Of a stretch of DNA of 64,000 nucleotides, positions 33,405 to 45,151 are shown piece after piece. Below the pieces are notes generated by a model. The model saw only the letters and a list, made by a program, of their open reading frames with translations. It did not search any database and was not told the origin of the DNA. A program made the position numbers and the translations under genes. The stretch's first letter is position 1, and every line of letters starts with the position of its first letter. The stretch comes from an uncultured Actinomycetes bacterium (lineage in GTDB: Bacteria > Actinomycetota > Actinomycetes > S36-B12 > UBA10799), in the NCBI GenBank assembly GCA_963752505.1, contig CAVVYM010000008.1, positions 65,720 through 129,719 on the forward strand. The letters run 5' to 3'.

Positions 33405-34566
33405 TGAGTTTCGCCTCCTCGGATGGCGCTGAATCGTTGACATTCGGCGTTGAACCGACATCGATTCGCGGCACTCTGGGCCCCAACCTTGTCACGATCT
33501 CGTAGCCGATGGTGCCTGTGAGGTCGGCCCATTCGGTGGCGGTCGGGTGGCCACGCCGCGCGTCGCCGAACATCACTACCTCGTCACCTGCCTCGGCCTG
33601 CGACGAGTCGAGGTCTACCACCACCTGGTCCATACACACGCGCCCCGCGATGGGTCGAATCCCACCGGCCGCCAACACGGGGCCGACACCGGAGGCGGCA
33701 CGCGGGATGCCGTCGGCGTAGCCGAGCGGGATGAGCCCCACAGTGGTGTCGTGCGGGGTCACGTACTGGTGGCCGTAGGAAACGCCCTGGCCAGCCGGCA
33801 CCTCCTTGACCATCACAAAACGTGACTTCAGTGTCATCACCGGATGCAGGTCCAGTTCGGTCTCGGTGCCCACCGCAGGACCAGGTGAGATCCCATAGAC
33901 CGCAATCCCTGGCCGCACCATGTCGTAGTGGGTGTGCGGCAAGCACAGCGTGGCCGCGGAATTGGCCAGGTGCCTGATCGGCGGGTTGAGTCCCACTGCG
34001 GCCGCCGCGGCGATGGCCGACTCGAAGAGCTCAACCTGTCGGGCGACCGTGGGGTGCTGCGGCTCGTCGGCGTAGGCGAAGTGCGACCACAAGCCCACCA
34101 CCTCGATGGTGCCGTCGTCGGCAGCCTGCCTCGCCCGTTCGAAGAATGACTCCCAGGGCGGCATGGCACCACCGCGAGAAAGTCCGGTATCAACCTTGAG
34201 ATGGACCCGCGCGCGGCGGTCGACTGTGCGCGCTGCGGCGACGACCTCTGCCAGCATGCGGCTGTCGTACGCGCTCACGTCGATGTCGGCAGCGATGCAG
34301 TCGCCGAAGGCCTCCCCCGGCACCGCGAGCCAGCAGAGCAGGGGCCCCACATCGCCTGCGGCCCGCAGGCTGAGCGCCTCTTCCGGCAGCGCGACACCCA
34401 GCCAGTCCGCCCCCGCCTCCCGCATCGTGCGGGCAACCGGTACCAGCCCGTGACCGTAGGCGTCGGCCTTGACCACCGGCATGAGCAATGAATCGGGCGC
34501 TGCACTCCGCAGCACCCCCACGTTGTGCCGCAGCGCGTTGTGATCGACCTCGGCCCAGGCACGCAC
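33397..34566 (-). CDS. alr: alanine racemase
   Basis: 389 aa with the PLP-lysine motif MPVVKADAYGHG and the YGISPGP and VSYGHQY motifs. Confidence 0.95.
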   Translation of the reverse strand: MRAWAEVDHNALRHNVGVLRSAAPDSLLMPVVKADAYGHGLVPVARTMREAGADWLGVALPEEALSLRAAGDVGPLLCWLAVPGEAFGDCIAADIDVSAYDSRMLAEVVAAARTVDRRARVHLKVDTGLSRGGAMPPWESFFERARQAADDGTIEVVGLWSHFAYADEPQHPTVARQVELFESAIAAAAAVGLNPPIRHLANSAATLCLPHTHYDMVRPGIAVYGISPGPAVGTETELDLHPVMTLKSRFVMVKEVPAGQGVSYGHQYVTPHDTTVGLIPLGYADGIPRAASGVGPVLAAGGIRPIAGRVCMDQVVVDLDSSQAEAGDEVVMFGDARRGHPTATEWADLTGTIGYEIVTRLGPRVPRIDVGSTPNVNDSAPSEEAKLSG

Positions 34567-34568
34567 GG

Positions 34569-36116
34569 TCAGTCGTCTCCTGATTCACGGACCAGAGCCA
34601 CAGCTGCCGGTACGGCGTTCAGGACATCCTCGCTGACGATGGGGAACTGACCGGCGGCGGCCAACCGTGCTGCCAAACCATGCAGGTAGGCACCCGCGGC
34701 AGCGATGATCACGACGTCGGCCGCCGTCAATCGGCCGCCGGCACGCGCGTTCCCCGCTGCCAGCATCGACCCGGTCAGCCCGCTCAGAACATCGCCGCTG
34801 CCCGCAGTCGCCAAGTCCGGCGGTCCGCTGGCCGACACCGCTGCCACACCGTCGGCTGCCGAGACCACGGTGACCGCACCCTTGAGGAGGACCACGCTGG
34901 CGAGGCGGGCGGCCAGGTCGCGCACAGCGGCGAGGCGTCCGCCCGGATGATCCAAGTCGCCGCCGAGCCGAGCGAACTCCCCGGCGTGGGGGGTGAACAA
35001 GGTGGGCGGCTCACGGTCGGCGACCCGCTGCTGCATCTCGGCGTCGTCGGCCACGAGGGTGATCGCATCCGCATCGATGAGCAGCGGCACGTCTGAATCG
35101 ATCGCCTGCGACAACCTCCGACGCGCATCGTCGTCGGTGCCCGCACCGGGACCAACGATCCACGCCTCCACTCGACCGGCGTCGGCCACATGGCCGTGGG
35201 TGGGCACCACCTCGGGCCAGCGGCCGACGACGACGTCTCCGGCACCCCCCGCGTAGCGAACCATCCCGACTCCCCCGAATCGCGAAGCTCCGGTACACAG
35301 GATCCCCGCCCCGGGGTAGGCCGTGGATCCGGCGACCACGCCGACGACTCCGCGGGTGTACTTGTCGTCGGCCCGCCCGGGCACCGGCACGTGGGGTGCC
35401 GCTCCGGCTGCGTCCATCAGCACCGTGACGGGCTCGACCGCGTCCAACTCAGCAGCCAAACCGATGTCGACCAGGTGCACCAGACCCGCCCGCCAACTCC
35501 CCGGCGGCACCACCAGACCGGGCTTGAGCACCCCGAACGTCACCGTGAGTTCGGCGTCCACGCAGGCGTTCTCGTCCGCGACTTCGCCCGTGTCCGGGTT
35601 GATGCCGCTGGGCAGATCCACCGCGATGATGCGCCCGGCAGCAGCCCGCGCCAACTGGTCCGCGGGACTGCGCAGGGGACCGGACCCACCGATGCCGACG
35701 ATACCGTCGAGGACCACGTCTGCCGCGGCGACGCTCTCCTGCGCCTGGTGGAGTTGCGATTGGGCCGCTTGGCCGTCCTGACCGCCCACCGGAATCACGT
35801 GACCGCCGGCCGCGAGCACGGCGCGCAGTCCGCCGGGATGCGGCGTGTCGCTGAGCGCCACCACCGTGACTCCGGCACCGCGTTGCGCCAGGTAGGCCGC
35901 GGCGTAGAGCGCATCGCCGCCGTTGTTGCCGGATCCGGCGAGGACCACCACGGCCGCGCCGGGAACTCGCAGCCCCCGGCCCTCGAGCCAACGCATCGTC
36001 GCCACCGCGAGTCCACGGGCGGCGATCGCCATCAGGGAATCGGGCGGCACTCGGCTCATCACAGCAGCTTCGGCGGTGCGGATATCCGCTACGCGGTACG
36101 CGCGCTGCATCGTCAC
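34569..36116 (-). CDS. nnr: bifunctional NAD(P)H-hydrate epimerase / ADP-dependent dehydratase
   Basis: 515 aa. N-terminal YjeF-N (LAGSGNNGGDALYAAAYL). C-terminal carbohydrate-kinase-like domain (KYTRGVVGVVAGS...TAGSGDVLSG). Confidence 0.9.
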   Translation of the reverse strand: MTMQRAYRVADIRTAEAAVMSRVPPDSLMAIAARGLAVATMRWLEGRGLRVPGAAVVVLAGSGNNGGDALYAAAYLAQRGAGVTVVALSDTPHPGGLRAVLAAGGHVIPVGGQDGQAAQSQLHQAQESVAAADVVLDGIVGIGGSGPLRSPADQLARAAAGRIIAVDLPSGINPDTGEVADENACVDAELTVTFGVLKPGLVVPPGSWRAGLVHLVDIGLAAELDAVEPVTVLMDAAGAAPHVPVPGRADDKYTRGVVGVVAGSTAYPGAGILCTGASRFGGVGMVRYAGGAGDVVVGRWPEVVPTHGHVADAGRVEAWIVGPGAGTDDDARRRLSQAIDSDVPLLIDADAITLVADDAEMQQRVADREPPTLFTPHAGEFARLGGDLDHPGGRLAAVRDLAARLASVVLLKGAVTVVSAADGVAAVSASGPPDLATAGSGDVLSGLTGSMLAAGNARAGGRLTAADVVIIAAAGAYLHGLAARLAAAGQFPIVSEDVLNAVPAAVALVRESGDD

Positions 36117-37963
36117 TCCACCGTCACGCTCTTAGCCAGATTGCGCGGCTGATCGACGTCATGCCCCTTGACCGTGGCCATCTCGCAAGCGAATACCTGC
36201 AGCGGCACGGTCGACACCAGCGGTTGCATCAAGGTCGGCACCTCGGGCACCCGCACAACGTGGTCGGCGTAGGGCACGACCGCTTCGTCACCCTCTTCGG
36301 CGATCACGATCGTGACGGCCCCGCGAGCCCGGACCTCCTGGATATTCGACACGATCTTCTCGTGCAGCACGCTGCGGCCCTTCGGTGAGGGCGCCACCAC
36401 GACCACCGGAACACCAGCCTCGATCAGCGCAATGGGCCCGTGCTTGAGTTCGCCGGCCGCGAACCCCTCGGCATGCATATAGGCGAGTTCTTTGAGCTTC
36501 AACGCACCCTCGAGTGCAACGGGGAAACCGACGTGGCGCCCGATGAAGAGCACCGAGGTGGCATCCGCGAACTCGCGCGCCAGGTCGCGGACACCCTCGG
36601 TAGTGTCAAGCACCAAGTCCACGGCGTTGGGCATGTTTGATAACTCGTCGACCACCGCTCGGATTTCGTCACCAAACATGTGACCGCGCACCTGCGCGAG
36701 GTACAGCGCGACGAGGTAGGTGGCGACGATCTGGGTGAGGAACGCCTTCGTCGAGGCCACGGCGATTTCCGGACCGGCGTAGGTGTAGAGCACCGCATCG
36801 GATTCGCGCGGAATCGTGGCCCCCTGGGTGTTGCAGATCGCGAGTGCCTTCGCGCCCTGCTGCCGGCCGTGCCGCAACGCCATGAGCGTGTCCATGGTCT
36901 CGCCCGACTGGGAGATCGCAATCACCAAGGTGCGCGCGTCGACGATGGGGTCGCGGTACCGGAACTCGCTGGCGAGTTCGACCTCGCAGGGAATACGCGT
37001 CCAGTGCTCGATCGCGTACTTCGCCACCATGCCGGCGTGATAGGCCGTGCCGCAGGCCACGATCACGACCTTCTCAATGGCGCGTATCTCCTCATGTGAC
37101 AAGCGCATGTCATCCAGTTGTAGGAGGCCCTGCCGGTTGATGCGGCCGAGCAGGGTATCCGCCACCGCGCGCGGCTGTTCGGAGATCTCCTTGAGCATGA
37201 AGAGGTCGAAGCCGCCCTTCTCGGCGGCCGAGGCGTCCCAGGTGACTTCGAACTCGTTGTACTCGGCGGGGTTGCCGTCGAAGTCCGTGACGGTCACGTC
37301 GTCCTTGGTGAGCACGACGACCTGGTCCTGACCGAGTTCGATGGCGTCGCGGGTATGGGCGATGAAGGCGGCAACGTCCGAGGCGACGAAGTTCTCACCT
37401 TTCCCCCGGCCCACCACCAACGGCGAGTTGCGGCGCGCCGCCACCAGCACATCGGGTGCGTCGGCGTCGATTGCGACCAGGGTGAAGGCGCCCTCCAACC
37501 GGCGGCACACCGCCCGCATCGCGGCCGCGAGGTCTCCGTCCCACGCGGGGAGCGCCAACGCGAGCAGGTGCGCGGCCACCTCGGAGTCGGTCTCACTAAC
37601 GGTCTCAACGCCCAGGTCGATCAACTCGTCGCGCAACTCCGCGAAGTTCTCGATGATGCCGTTGTGGATGATCGCCACCCGGGCGTCTCCGCTCAGATGC
37701 GGGTGGGCGTTGATGTCGTTCGGTGCTCCGTGGGTGGCCCAGCGGGTGTGACCGATTCCCGTCGTCGAGTCCGGCAGCGGGTCCTCGCCCAACAGCGCTT
37801 CGAGGTTGGCCAGCTTTCCGGCCTTCTTGCGCATCTCCAATTCACCGGCCGTGATCACGGCCACGCCGGCGGAGTCGTAGCCGCGGTACTCCAGCCGGCG
37901 CAACCCCTCCACGACGATCTCCAGCGCCTGCTTCGAGCCTACATACCCGACGATTCCACACAT
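36113..37963 (-). CDS. glmS: glutamine--fructose-6-phosphate aminotransferase
   Basis: 616 aa with N-terminal MCGIVGYVG and the C-terminal ending LAKSVTVE. Confidence 0.98.
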   Translation of the reverse strand: MCGIVGYVGSKQALEIVVEGLRRLEYRGYDSAGVAVITAGELEMRKKAGKLANLEALLGEDPLPDSTTGIGHTRWATHGAPNDINAHPHLSGDARVAIIHNGIIENFAELRDELIDLGVETVSETDSEVAAHLLALALPAWDGDLAAAMRAVCRRLEGAFTLVAIDADAPDVLVAARRNSPLVVGRGKGENFVASDVAAFIAHTRDAIELGQDQVVVLTKDDVTVTDFDGNPAEYNEFEVTWDASAAEKGGFDLFMLKEISEQPRAVADTLLGRINRQGLLQLDDMRLSHEEIRAIEKVVIVACGTAYHAGMVAKYAIEHWTRIPCEVELASEFRYRDPIVDARTLVIAISQSGETMDTLMALRHGRQQGAKALAICNTQGATIPRESDAVLYTYAGPEIAVASTKAFLTQIVATYLVALYLAQVRGHMFGDEIRAVVDELSNMPNAVDLVLDTTEGVRDLAREFADATSVLFIGRHVGFPVALEGALKLKELAYMHAEGFAAGELKHGPIALIEAGVPVVVVAPSPKGRSVLHEKIVSNIQEVRARGAVTIVIAEEGDEAVVPYADHVVRVPEVPTLMQPLVSTVPLQVFACEMATVKGHDVDQPRNLAKSVTVE

Positions 37964-37994
37964 GACCCTGAGCGTAGCCCAACAGCAGAATCGA

Positions 37995-39356
37995 TCAGGT
38001 CAGCGACAACTCCTGTCGGACCACTTCGGCGAGCTGCTCTGCGAGCTCACGGGCTTGCACGTCGGTGCTCGCCTCGACCATCACCCGCACCAACGGCTCG
38101 GTACCGGATTTGCGCAGCAGGACTCGGCCTTCGCCGGCTAGTACCTCCTCCGCCGCGGCGACCGCCGCGGTGACCGCGGCGTTGCCCTCCAGAGCTGCCT
38201 TGTCTACGCCGCTGACGTTGATGAGCACCTGGGGTAGCACCGTCACGACAGACGCGAGTTCGTCCAACGGGGAACCGGTGGCGGCCATCACGGCCATCAA
38301 CATGAGTGCGGTCAGCACCCCGTCGCCGGTTGTCGCGTGTTCTGCCAGAACCACGTGTCCGGACTGTTCCCCGCCGAGGCTGTACTGGCCCTCGCGCATT
38401 GCTTCCAATACGTAGCGGTCGCCCACCGCGGTCTGCACCAGTGAGATGCCGTGCTCGGCCATCGCCAGTTTGAGACCCAAGTTGCTCATCACGGTGGCCA
38501 CCAGGGTGTTGCCTGCTAGGTCGCCGTGCTCCTTGAGGTGCAGCGCAAGGATGGCCATCATCTGGTCGCCGTCGACGACGGTGCCCTGGGCATCGACCAC
38601 CAGGCATCGGTCAGCGTCGCCGTCGTGGGCGACGCCGATGTCTGCAGACTGCTCGACGACGACGCGCTGGAGGGCATCCATGTGCGTCGAACCCGAATCC
38701 TCGTTGATGTTGTAGCCGTCGGGTTCGGCGTGGATGGCGATGACGTCCGCACCCATGCGCCGGTACGCCGTCGGCCCGATTTCGCTGGCAGCGCCGTGAG
38801 CGGCATCAACAACGCAGCGTATCCCCGTCAGGCGGTTTGGGGTGGCCGCCAACAGGTGGTCGAGGTATCGCTCGGAGAGGTCATGGCGGTCGAACACCCG
38901 ACCTACTCCGGCGCCGGTGGGCCGATCCCACGCCTCGCCGATCCGGGCCTCGATTTGATCCTCGACCTCGTCGGCGAGTTTGTTCCCGCCTCGGGCGAAG
39001 AACTTGATGCCGTTGTCCGGCATGGGGTTGTGCGATGCCGAGAGCATCACTCCGAGGTCGGCATCGAGATCGGCGGTGAGGAAAGCCACCCCCGGCGTCG
39101 GCAGCACGCCCACGACAAAGACATCCACCCCGGCGCTGGCCAATCCAGCCACCACCGCGGCCTCGAGGAATTCACCACTGGCGCGGGTGTCGCGACCCAC
39201 AACCGCCAACGGGCGCGGGCGAGTGTCGGACGAGAGGGCACCTAAGTCACTCAGGACGTGGGCAGCAGCAACTGCCAGATCCACAGCGAGCTCGGCGGTG
39301 AGGTCGACGTTTGCCACACCCCGCACGCCATCGGTGCCGAAGATTCGGCCGCCCAT
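37995..39356 (-). CDS. glmM: phosphoglucosamine mutase
   Basis: 453 aa ([10 protein letters not shown]) with the active-site loop [15 protein letters not shown]. Confidence 0.97.
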   Translation of the reverse strand: MGGRIFGTDGVRGVANVDLTAELAVDLAVAAAHVLSDLGALSSDTRPRPLAVVGRDTRASGEFLEAAVVAGLASAGVDVFVVGVLPTPGVAFLTADLDADLGVMLSASHNPMPDNGIKFFARGGNKLADEVEDQIEARIGEAWDRPTGAGVGRVFDRHDLSERYLDHLLAATPNRLTGIRCVVDAAHGAASEIGPTAYRRMGADVIAIHAEPDGYNINEDSGSTHMDALQRVVVEQSADIGVAHDGDADRCLVVDAQGTVVDGDQMMAILALHLKEHGDLAGNTLVATVMSNLGLKLAMAEHGISLVQTAVGDRYVLEAMREGQYSLGGEQSGHVVLAEHATTGDGVLTALMLMAVMAATGSPLDELASVVTVLPQVLINVSGVDKAALEGNAAVTAAVAAAEEVLAGEGRVLLRKSGTEPLVRVMVEASTDVQARELAEQLAEVVRQELSLT

Positions 39357-39358
39357 GA

Positions 39359-39850
39359 CTACCGCTTCGAGTACTGGGGAGCCTTGCGCGCCTTCTTCAG
39401 GCCGTACTTCTTGCGTTCCTTGACTCGAGCATCACGCGTGAGGAAGCCTGACGCCTTGAGCGCCGGGCGATTGACCTCTTCGTCAATCTCGTTGAGCGCG
39501 CGAGCGATTCCGAGGCGTAGCGCACCTGCCTGACCCGAGGGGCCACCACCGTGCAGGTTCGCGATCACGTCATAGGCGCCTTCGGCCCCGACAACTGCAA
39601 AGGGCTCGTTGATCAGTTGCTGGTGCACCTTGTTCGGGAAGTAGGCCTCCAGCGACCGACCGTTCAGGGTGTATTGGCCCGTCCCCGGCACGATGCGCAC
39701 GCGGGCGATGGCCTCCTTGCGTCGCCCGGTTGCGCGCCCTGGTCCGGTGAGAGCCGGGCGGGAAGCAGCGTCCGCTGAAGGCGCTGCCTCAGAGTCCTCG
39801 GAACTCCAACTGGTGAGGACTTCTTCTTCCACCTCAATGATCTCGCTCAC
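39359..39850 (-). CDS. rpsI: 30S ribosomal protein S9
   Basis: 163 aa ending ...[12 protein letters not shown], with an acidic N-terminal extension. Confidence 0.96.
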   Translation of the reverse strand: MSEIIEVEEEVLTSWSSEDSEAAPSADAASRPALTGPGRATGRRKEAIARVRIVPGTGQYTLNGRSLEAYFPNKVHQQLINEPFAVVGAEGAYDVIANLHGGGPSGQAGALRLGIARALNEIDEEVNRPALKASGFLTRDARVKERKKYGLKKARKAPQYSKR

Positions 39851-39889
39851 GGATGTCCTTTCGATGACTATCGTCTGGTGGGCGGTGCG

Positions 39890-40333
39890 CTACTGCGCAA
39901 CCTGGCTGATGGTGAACGGCTGCGGCTGCTGTGCTGCGTGCGGGTGCTCAGGCCCGGCGTAGACCTTCAACTTCGTCAGTTGCTTGCGCCCCAGGGAGTT
40001 GTGCGGGAGCATCCCGGCAACGGCCTTCTGCACCGCACGCCGCGGGTTGGTGGCCAACAACTCCGTGTACGAGGTCGCGGCGAGACCGCCGGGGTAGCCG
40101 CTGTGCCGGTAGGCCCGCTTCTGCTCGGCCTTGGCCCCGGTGAGCGCCACCTTGTCCGCGTTGATGACGACCACGAAATCGCCCGTGTCCACATGTGGGG
40201 CGAACGTCGTCTTGTGCTTGCCGCGCAGCAGCGCTGCGACCTGCGAGGCCAGACGACCGAGAACCACATCGGTGGCATCGACAACGTGCCATTGCCGCGT
40301 GACCTCACCGGGCTTGGGACTGTACGTGCGCAT
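39890..40333 (-). CDS. rplM: 50S ribosomal protein L13
   Basis: 147 aa ([30 protein letters not shown]...). Confidence 0.97.
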   Translation of the reverse strand: MRTYSPKPGEVTRQWHVVDATDVVLGRLASQVAALLRGKHKTTFAPHVDTGDFVVVINADKVALTGAKAEQKRAYRHSGYPGGLAATSYTELLATNPRRAVQKAVAGMLPHNSLGRKQLTKLKVYAGPEHPHAAQQPQPFTISQVAQ

Positions 40334-40440
40334 GAAAAACCTTCACCTATGTCGTGTGGACGGAATCCGCTACCTCCAAGTCTGACTTGAAGTGCCCAAC
40401 TCACGGCGCGGAACCGGAGCGCCTCGCGGCGCCAACCGTC

Positions 40441-41316
40441 TTAGCCTACAGGGTTGCCCAGCGGGCCTCTCACCCGGCGTGCACGCCGGGCTTGGGCAGC
40501 GAGGTTGTCGGCGTATTCGACACTCTCGAGCGTCAGACCGCGCGCCGGCATGACGACGACCTCCGGCACCCGGCGCCCCGCATCGAGCACCGCTTTAGGC
40601 CAGTGCGCACGGCGTCGCCCGCTACCCACGGGCAGCAGCGCACCGACCAGTGAACGGACCATGGAATGGCAGAAGGCATCAGCGCCCACCTGCATCACCG
40701 CAGTCCCGTCAGAGTCCCGCTGCCACCGCAGATCCAGCAGCCGCCGCACGGTGGACGCCTCGGGTCGATGCCGGCAGAAGGCGGCGAAATCCTGTTCCCC
40801 GAGCAGCAGCTCGGCAGCGGCGTTCATCTGGTCCAAGTCGAGCGGCCGAGGCCACCCCACCACATATCGCCGCAGCAGCGGATCGACTTCGCGTCCGTCT
40901 GCGACCCGATAGCTGTAACGCCGACTGCGCACCGAGAATCGAGCGTCGAAGCCATCGTCCGCCTCATCGAGGAAGAAGACGCGCACGTCCTCTGCGAGCA
41001 GGCCGTTCAGCCGACGTGCCAGACGATCCCCATCGGCAGCACGCCACGATGTCGACGCGATGTCCGCATGCACATGCTGATCGCGTGCGTGCACCCCCGC
41101 ATCCGTGCGCCCTGCGCACACGACGCGGACCGGCTCCGGATGCCGCAGCGCGACGGTCAGGGCGCGTTCGAGTTCGTCCTGCACCGTGCGTCGCCCTGGC
41201 TGACTGGCCCAACCCGAGAAGTCGGTTCCGTCGTAGCCAAGCCGGGCATGAACGCGAATGCGGAGGGTGCCATCGCTGGCACCCTCCGCATCCACGGGAT
41301 GAAAAGGTGAGGTCAC
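40441..41316 (-). CDS. truA: tRNA pseudouridine(38-40) synthase
   Basis: 291 aa ([16 protein letters not shown]...[12 protein letters not shown]). GTGA overlap with the rplQ stop. Confidence 0.92.
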   Translation of the reverse strand: MTSPFHPVDAEGASDGTLRIRVHARLGYDGTDFSGWASQPGRRTVQDELERALTVALRHPEPVRVVCAGRTDAGVHARDQHVHADIASTSWRAADGDRLARRLNGLLAEDVRVFFLDEADDGFDARFSVRSRRYSYRVADGREVDPLLRRYVVGWPRPLDLDQMNAAAELLLGEQDFAAFCRHRPEASTVRRLLDLRWQRDSDGTAVMQVGADAFCHSMVRSLVGALLPVGSGRRRAHWPKAVLDAGRRVPEVVVMPARGLTLESVEYADNLAAQARRARRVRGPLGNPVG

Positions 41317-41834
41317 GCCTTGTCGGGGTCTGCCGCCGACTCGCTCACCTGCGGTGCCTCGACGTCGGCCGAGGGCGCATCAGCTTCCGATGCCTGCTCG
41401 ACCACCGGTTCGGCCTGCTGCTGCTCCTTCACGGCGCGCTTCGTCGCCCCGGTTGCCTCGGCAACGACCTGCTCGGCCAACGGCTCCACAAGTTCGATTA
41501 CCACCATGGGCGCGTTATCGCCCTTGCGGTTGCCGATCTTCGTGGTGCGCGTGTAGCCGCCGGGTCGACTTGCGTAGCGCGGGCCGATCTCGGTGAAGAG
41601 TTCGTGCACGACGGTCTTGTCCTTGACCACCTCGGCAACTCGGCGGCGGGAGGCCAGGTCGCCCTTTTTCGCGTACGTGACCAGGCGCTCCGCCACCGGG
41701 CGCAGCCGCTTGGCCTTGGCCGCGGTGGTGGTGATCCGGCCGTGTTCGAACAGGGCCGTCGCCAGGTTTGCCACCATCAGACGTTCGTGCGCCGGTCCAC
41801 CGCCGAGGCGGGGGCCCTTCGTGGGCGTCGGCAT
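41313..41834 (-). CDS. rplQ: 50S ribosomal protein L17 with acidic C-terminal extension
   Basis: 173 aa ([37 protein letters not shown]...). Confidence 0.95.
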   Translation of the reverse strand: MPTPTKGPRLGGGPAHERLMVANLATALFEHGRITTTAAKAKRLRPVAERLVTYAKKGDLASRRRVAEVVKDKTVVHELFTEIGPRYASRPGGYTRTTKIGNRKGDNAPMVVIELVEPLAEQVVAEATGATKRAVKEQQQAEPVVEQASEADAPSADVEAPQVSESAADPDKA

Positions 41835-41868
41835 TGTGCTGTCTCCTTGAATCTATGACTAGTACGGC

Positions 41869-42885
41869 TTAGAGCTGCTCGTCTTCGACGAAGGTTGCGT
41901 CGTCCTCGGGGTAGAACTCCCCGACTGCCGCGGCCACGTCGAATCCTGGCGGGCTGTCCTTGAGGGCCAGACCCAGCGTCTGCAGCTTGGCCTTCACCTC
42001 GTCGATGGACTTCTGGCCGAAGTTGCGGATGTCGAGCAAGTCGGCCTCGCTGCGGGTGAGCAGTTCGCCCACCGTGTGAATGGCTTCGCGCTTGAGGCAG
42101 TTGTACGACCGAACGGTCAGGTCCAACTGCTCGATCGGTGTGCTCAGTTGCTCGGCCACGAAGGTTTCCGTCGGGGACGGCCCGATCTCGATACCTTCGG
42201 CTTCCACGTTCAGTTCACGTGCCAGCCCGAAGAGTTCCACCAGCGTCTTTCCAGCCGAGGCGACGGCATCGCGCGGGGCCATGCTCGACTTCGTCGCGAC
42301 GTCGATCACGAGGCGGTCGAAGTCGGTGCGGGTCTCGACGCGCGTGGCTTCCACCTTGTAGGTGACCTTCAGCACGGGGCTGTAGATGGAGTCGACCGGA
42401 ATCCGGCCGATCGGTGCGCTATCGGAGGCATTCAGCGCGGCGGAAACATAGCCGCGACCACGCTCAACAACGAGTTCCATCTCCAGCTTGCCGCGGTCGT
42501 TGACCGTGGCGATGTGCCACTCAGGGTTGTGGATCTCGACCCCGGCCGGCGGCTGGATGTCACCGGCGGTCACGACACCGGTGCCGTGGTGGCGCAGGTA
42601 CATGGTGGCCGGCTCGTCGAGTTCGCTTGAGACCACGATGCCCTTGACATTCAGGACGATCTCGGTGACGTCCTCGACGACGCCTTCGATCGTCGAGAAC
42701 TCGTGCTGCACACCGTCGATGCTGATCGAGGTCACGGCGGCGCCGGGAATCGACGAGAGCAGGGTACGACGGATGGAGTTGCCGAGGGTGTACCCGAATC
42801 CTGGCTCAAGTGGTTCGAGCACGAAGCGGGAACGGGTCTCGGAGATGACCTCTTCTTCGAGGGTGGGGCGTTGTGCAATGAGCAC
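41869..42885 (-). CDS. rpoA: DNA-directed RNA polymerase subunit alpha
   Basis: 338 aa ([40 protein letters not shown]...). Confidence 0.98.
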   Translation of the reverse strand: MLIAQRPTLEEEVISETRSRFVLEPLEPGFGYTLGNSIRRTLLSSIPGAAVTSISIDGVQHEFSTIEGVVEDVTEIVLNVKGIVVSSELDEPATMYLRHHGTGVVTAGDIQPPAGVEIHNPEWHIATVNDRGKLEMELVVERGRGYVSAALNASDSAPIGRIPVDSIYSPVLKVTYKVEATRVETRTDFDRLVIDVATKSSMAPRDAVASAGKTLVELFGLARELNVEAEGIEIGPSPTETFVAEQLSTPIEQLDLTVRSYNCLKREAIHTVGELLTRSEADLLDIRNFGQKSIDEVKAKLQTLGLALKDSPPGFDVAAAVGEFYPEDDATFVEDEQL

Positions 42886-42935
42886 GGGTGTTTCCTTCCT
42901 TCGGCGACCGCTATTTGACGCCGGGTTTGCAGGAA

Positions 42936-43562
42936 CTACTTGGAGTAGAGCTCAACAATCAGTTGCTCTTGGACGAGGGTGTCGATCTGCTCACGGGTGG
43001 GAAGTGAGTGGATCAGAATCCGCATTTGGCCAGGGATCACTTCGAGCCACTTGGGCGACGTGTGCTCCGCAGCTTCAGCCTGGGCCACGAGGAAGGGCGT
43101 CAGGGTTCGGGCCTCCGGGCGCACCTCGACGATGTCCTTCGGCGACACCCGGTAGGAGGGGATGTCCACCTTGCGGCCGTTAACCAGGATGTGGCCATGG
43201 CGCACGGTCTGCCGAGCGGCGTCGCGGCTCTTCGCGAATCCCGCACGGAAAACGACGTTGTCCAGCCGACTCTCAAGGATCGTCAGCAGGTTGTCACCCG
43301 TCTTGCCGCTGCGGCGGTTGGCCTCTTCGTAGTAGCGGCGGAACTGGCGCTCGAGCACGCCGTAGATGCGCGCGGCCTTCTGCTTCTCGCGCATCTGCAG
43401 CAGGTACTCGCTCTCCTTGACGCGCGCATTGCCGTGCTGGCCGGGTGGGTAGGGGCGCTTCTCAAGCGGGCACTTCGGCGACAGGCACTTGGAGCCTTTG
43501 AGGAACAGCTTGGTCTTTTCCCGACGGCAGCGCTTGCAGTCGGGTCCGGTGTAACGGGCCAT
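42936..43562 (-). CDS. rpsD: 30S ribosomal protein S4
   Basis: 208 aa ([23 protein letters not shown]...). Confidence 0.97.
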   Translation of the reverse strand: MARYTGPDCKRCRREKTKLFLKGSKCLSPKCPLEKRPYPPGQHGNARVKESEYLLQMREKQKAARIYGVLERQFRRYYEEANRRSGKTGDNLLTILESRLDNVVFRAGFAKSRDAARQTVRHGHILVNGRKVDIPSYRVSPKDIVEVRPEARTLTPFLVAQAEAAEHTSPKWLEVIPGQMRILIHSLPTREQIDTLVQEQLIVELYSK

Positions 43563-43584
43563 GGTGTGTTGTCTCCTCCCGGCC

Positions 43585-43983
43585 TCAGACTCGACGCCGC
43601 TTGGGCGGGCGGCAGCCGTTGAACGGAACAGGTGTCACGTCGGTGATGGCACCGACTTCGAGGCCAGCGGCCTGCAGCGAACGGATTGCGGTCTCGCGGC
43701 CGGAGCCTGGACCCTTCACGAACACGTCCACCTTCCGCATGCCGTGCTCCATCGCACGACGGGCTGCGTTCTCGGCAGCGAGCTGAGCGGCGAACGGGGT
43801 CGACTTGCGCGATCCCTTGAACCCCACCTGACCGGACGAGGACCATGCGATGACGGCACCTGCGGGGTCGGTGATGGAAACGATCGTGTTGTTGAAGGTG
43901 CTCTTGATGTGAGCGTGCCCGTGGGCGATGTTCTTCTTCTCTTTGCGGCGCACTTTCCGTGCGCCCGTGCTCTTGGGGGGCAT
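43585..43983 (-). CDS. rpsK: 30S ribosomal protein S11
   Basis: 132 aa (...[21 protein letters not shown]...). Confidence 0.97.
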   Translation of the reverse strand: MPPKSTGARKVRRKEKKNIAHGHAHIKSTFNNTIVSITDPAGAVIAWSSSGQVGFKGSRKSTPFAAQLAAENAARRAMEHGMRKVDVFVKGPGSGRETAIRSLQAAGLEVGAITDVTPVPFNGCRPPKRRRV

Positions 43984-44038
43984 AACTGAGTCAAATCTCC
44001 AAAGTCGTCGAGGTTGTGCGATTCACGAGGGCGGTCGG

Positions 44039-44416
44039 CTACTTGGTGACCTTTTTCTTGCCAGCCACGGTCTTGCGACGGCCCTTGCGGGTGCGCGCGT
44101 TGGTGTGGGTGCGTTGGCCGCGAACCGGCAGACCGCGGCGGTGGCGGATGCCTTGGTAGCAGCCGATTTCGACCTTGCGGCGAATGTCTGCCGCCACCTC
44201 GCGTCGGAGGTCACCTTCGACCTTGAAGTTCGCGTCGATGTACTCGCGCAGTGCGATGACGTCCGCTTCGCTAACGTCGCGCACGCGCTGGGTGCCGTCC
44301 ACGCCAGTTGCAGCGATGGCTTCCTGGGCGCGGGTGCGGCCGATTCCGTAGATGTACGTGAGTGCAACCTCGAGGCGCTTGTCGCGCGGGAGATCGACTC
44401 CAACGAGTCGTGCCAT
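44039..44416 (-). CDS. rpsM: 30S ribosomal protein S13
   Basis: 125 aa ([26 protein letters not shown]...). Confidence 0.97.
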   Translation of the reverse strand: MARLVGVDLPRDKRLEVALTYIYGIGRTRAQEAIAATGVDGTQRVRDVSEADVIALREYIDANFKVEGDLRREVAADIRRKVEIGCYQGIRHRRGLPVRGQRTHTNARTRKGRRKTVAGKKKVTK

Positions 44417-44642
44417 AGGGCGGTGGTGCTCCTTGTCTTGTGATCGGGACGGGAACCCTGTGCTGGGCGCTCGCCACGAGGACCCTGTTTGGGTCCATTC
44501 GGTCGAAGGTTTCAGTGGGCGCCACCGGTCCCACCGCCCTGGTGGGTCCCCGGCCTTCGTTCCCGGGGGTGACGTCCCGCAGCCGCATGGCGAGCAGCGC
44601 GGGGGTCGGGTGACGCTTTGGTTGCCGCGGAAGTGCTAGAAG

Positions 44643-44756
44643 CTAGCCCTGCCGCTGCTTGTGCCTGGGGTTGTCGCAGATGACCATGACGCGGCCGTGC
44701 CGACGGATCACCTTGCACTTGTCGCAGATCTTCTTAACGCTGGGTTGGACCTTCAT
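44643..44756 (-). CDS. rpmJ: 50S ribosomal protein L36 (zinc-ribbon C+ form)
   Basis: Not in the ORF track because it is under 60 aa. My manual translation of the minus strand gives [37 protein letters not shown] followed by TAG. It lies 14 nt downstream of infA. Confidence 0.93.
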
Positions 44757-44770
44757 CGCCTTGAGATTCC

Positions 44771-44992
44771 TTACTTGTACCGGTAGACGATGCGTCCACG
44801 GGTGAGGTCGTACGGGGAGAGCTCCACGACGACGCGGTCGTCCGGGAGGATTCGGATGTAGTGCATGCGCATCTTTCCCGAGATGTGAGCCAGCACCTTG
44901 TGCCCGTTGTCGAGTTCGACCCGGAACATCGCGTTCGGGAGCGACTCTACAATGGTGCCTTCGAGCTCGATGGCACCTTCTTTCTTAGGCAT
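44771..44992 (-). CDS. infA: translation initiation factor IF-1
   Basis: 73 aa ([42 protein letters not shown]...). Confidence 0.97.
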   Translation of the reverse strand: MPKKEGAIELEGTIVESLPNAMFRVELDNGHKVLAHISGKMRMHYIRILPDDRVVVELSPYDLTRGRIVYRYK

Positions 44993-45151
44993 GCGAGAAG
45001 GCCTGACCTTTCGTTGGTGATGGATGCTTCACACCCCACAGGGCGTGCGAAGAGACAGTCTACGCCACGGGGCACTCCGCACACTGCCTACCCCCGCACT
45101 CGACAACGGGCGGATGATCCGTCCGAACCTCAGCCAGGGAAGGCTTGTTCA

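Noticed and set aside
44417-44642. The 226-nt rpmJ-rpsM spacer with partial hairpins (for example GGTCCCACC...GGTGGGTCC), considered as a possible novel leader RNA.
   Set aside because: As I recall, a spacer of about 200 nt at this junction is usual in actinobacteria, including M. tuberculosis. It probably holds the alpha-operon promoter and leader. I could not identify a specific conserved motif.
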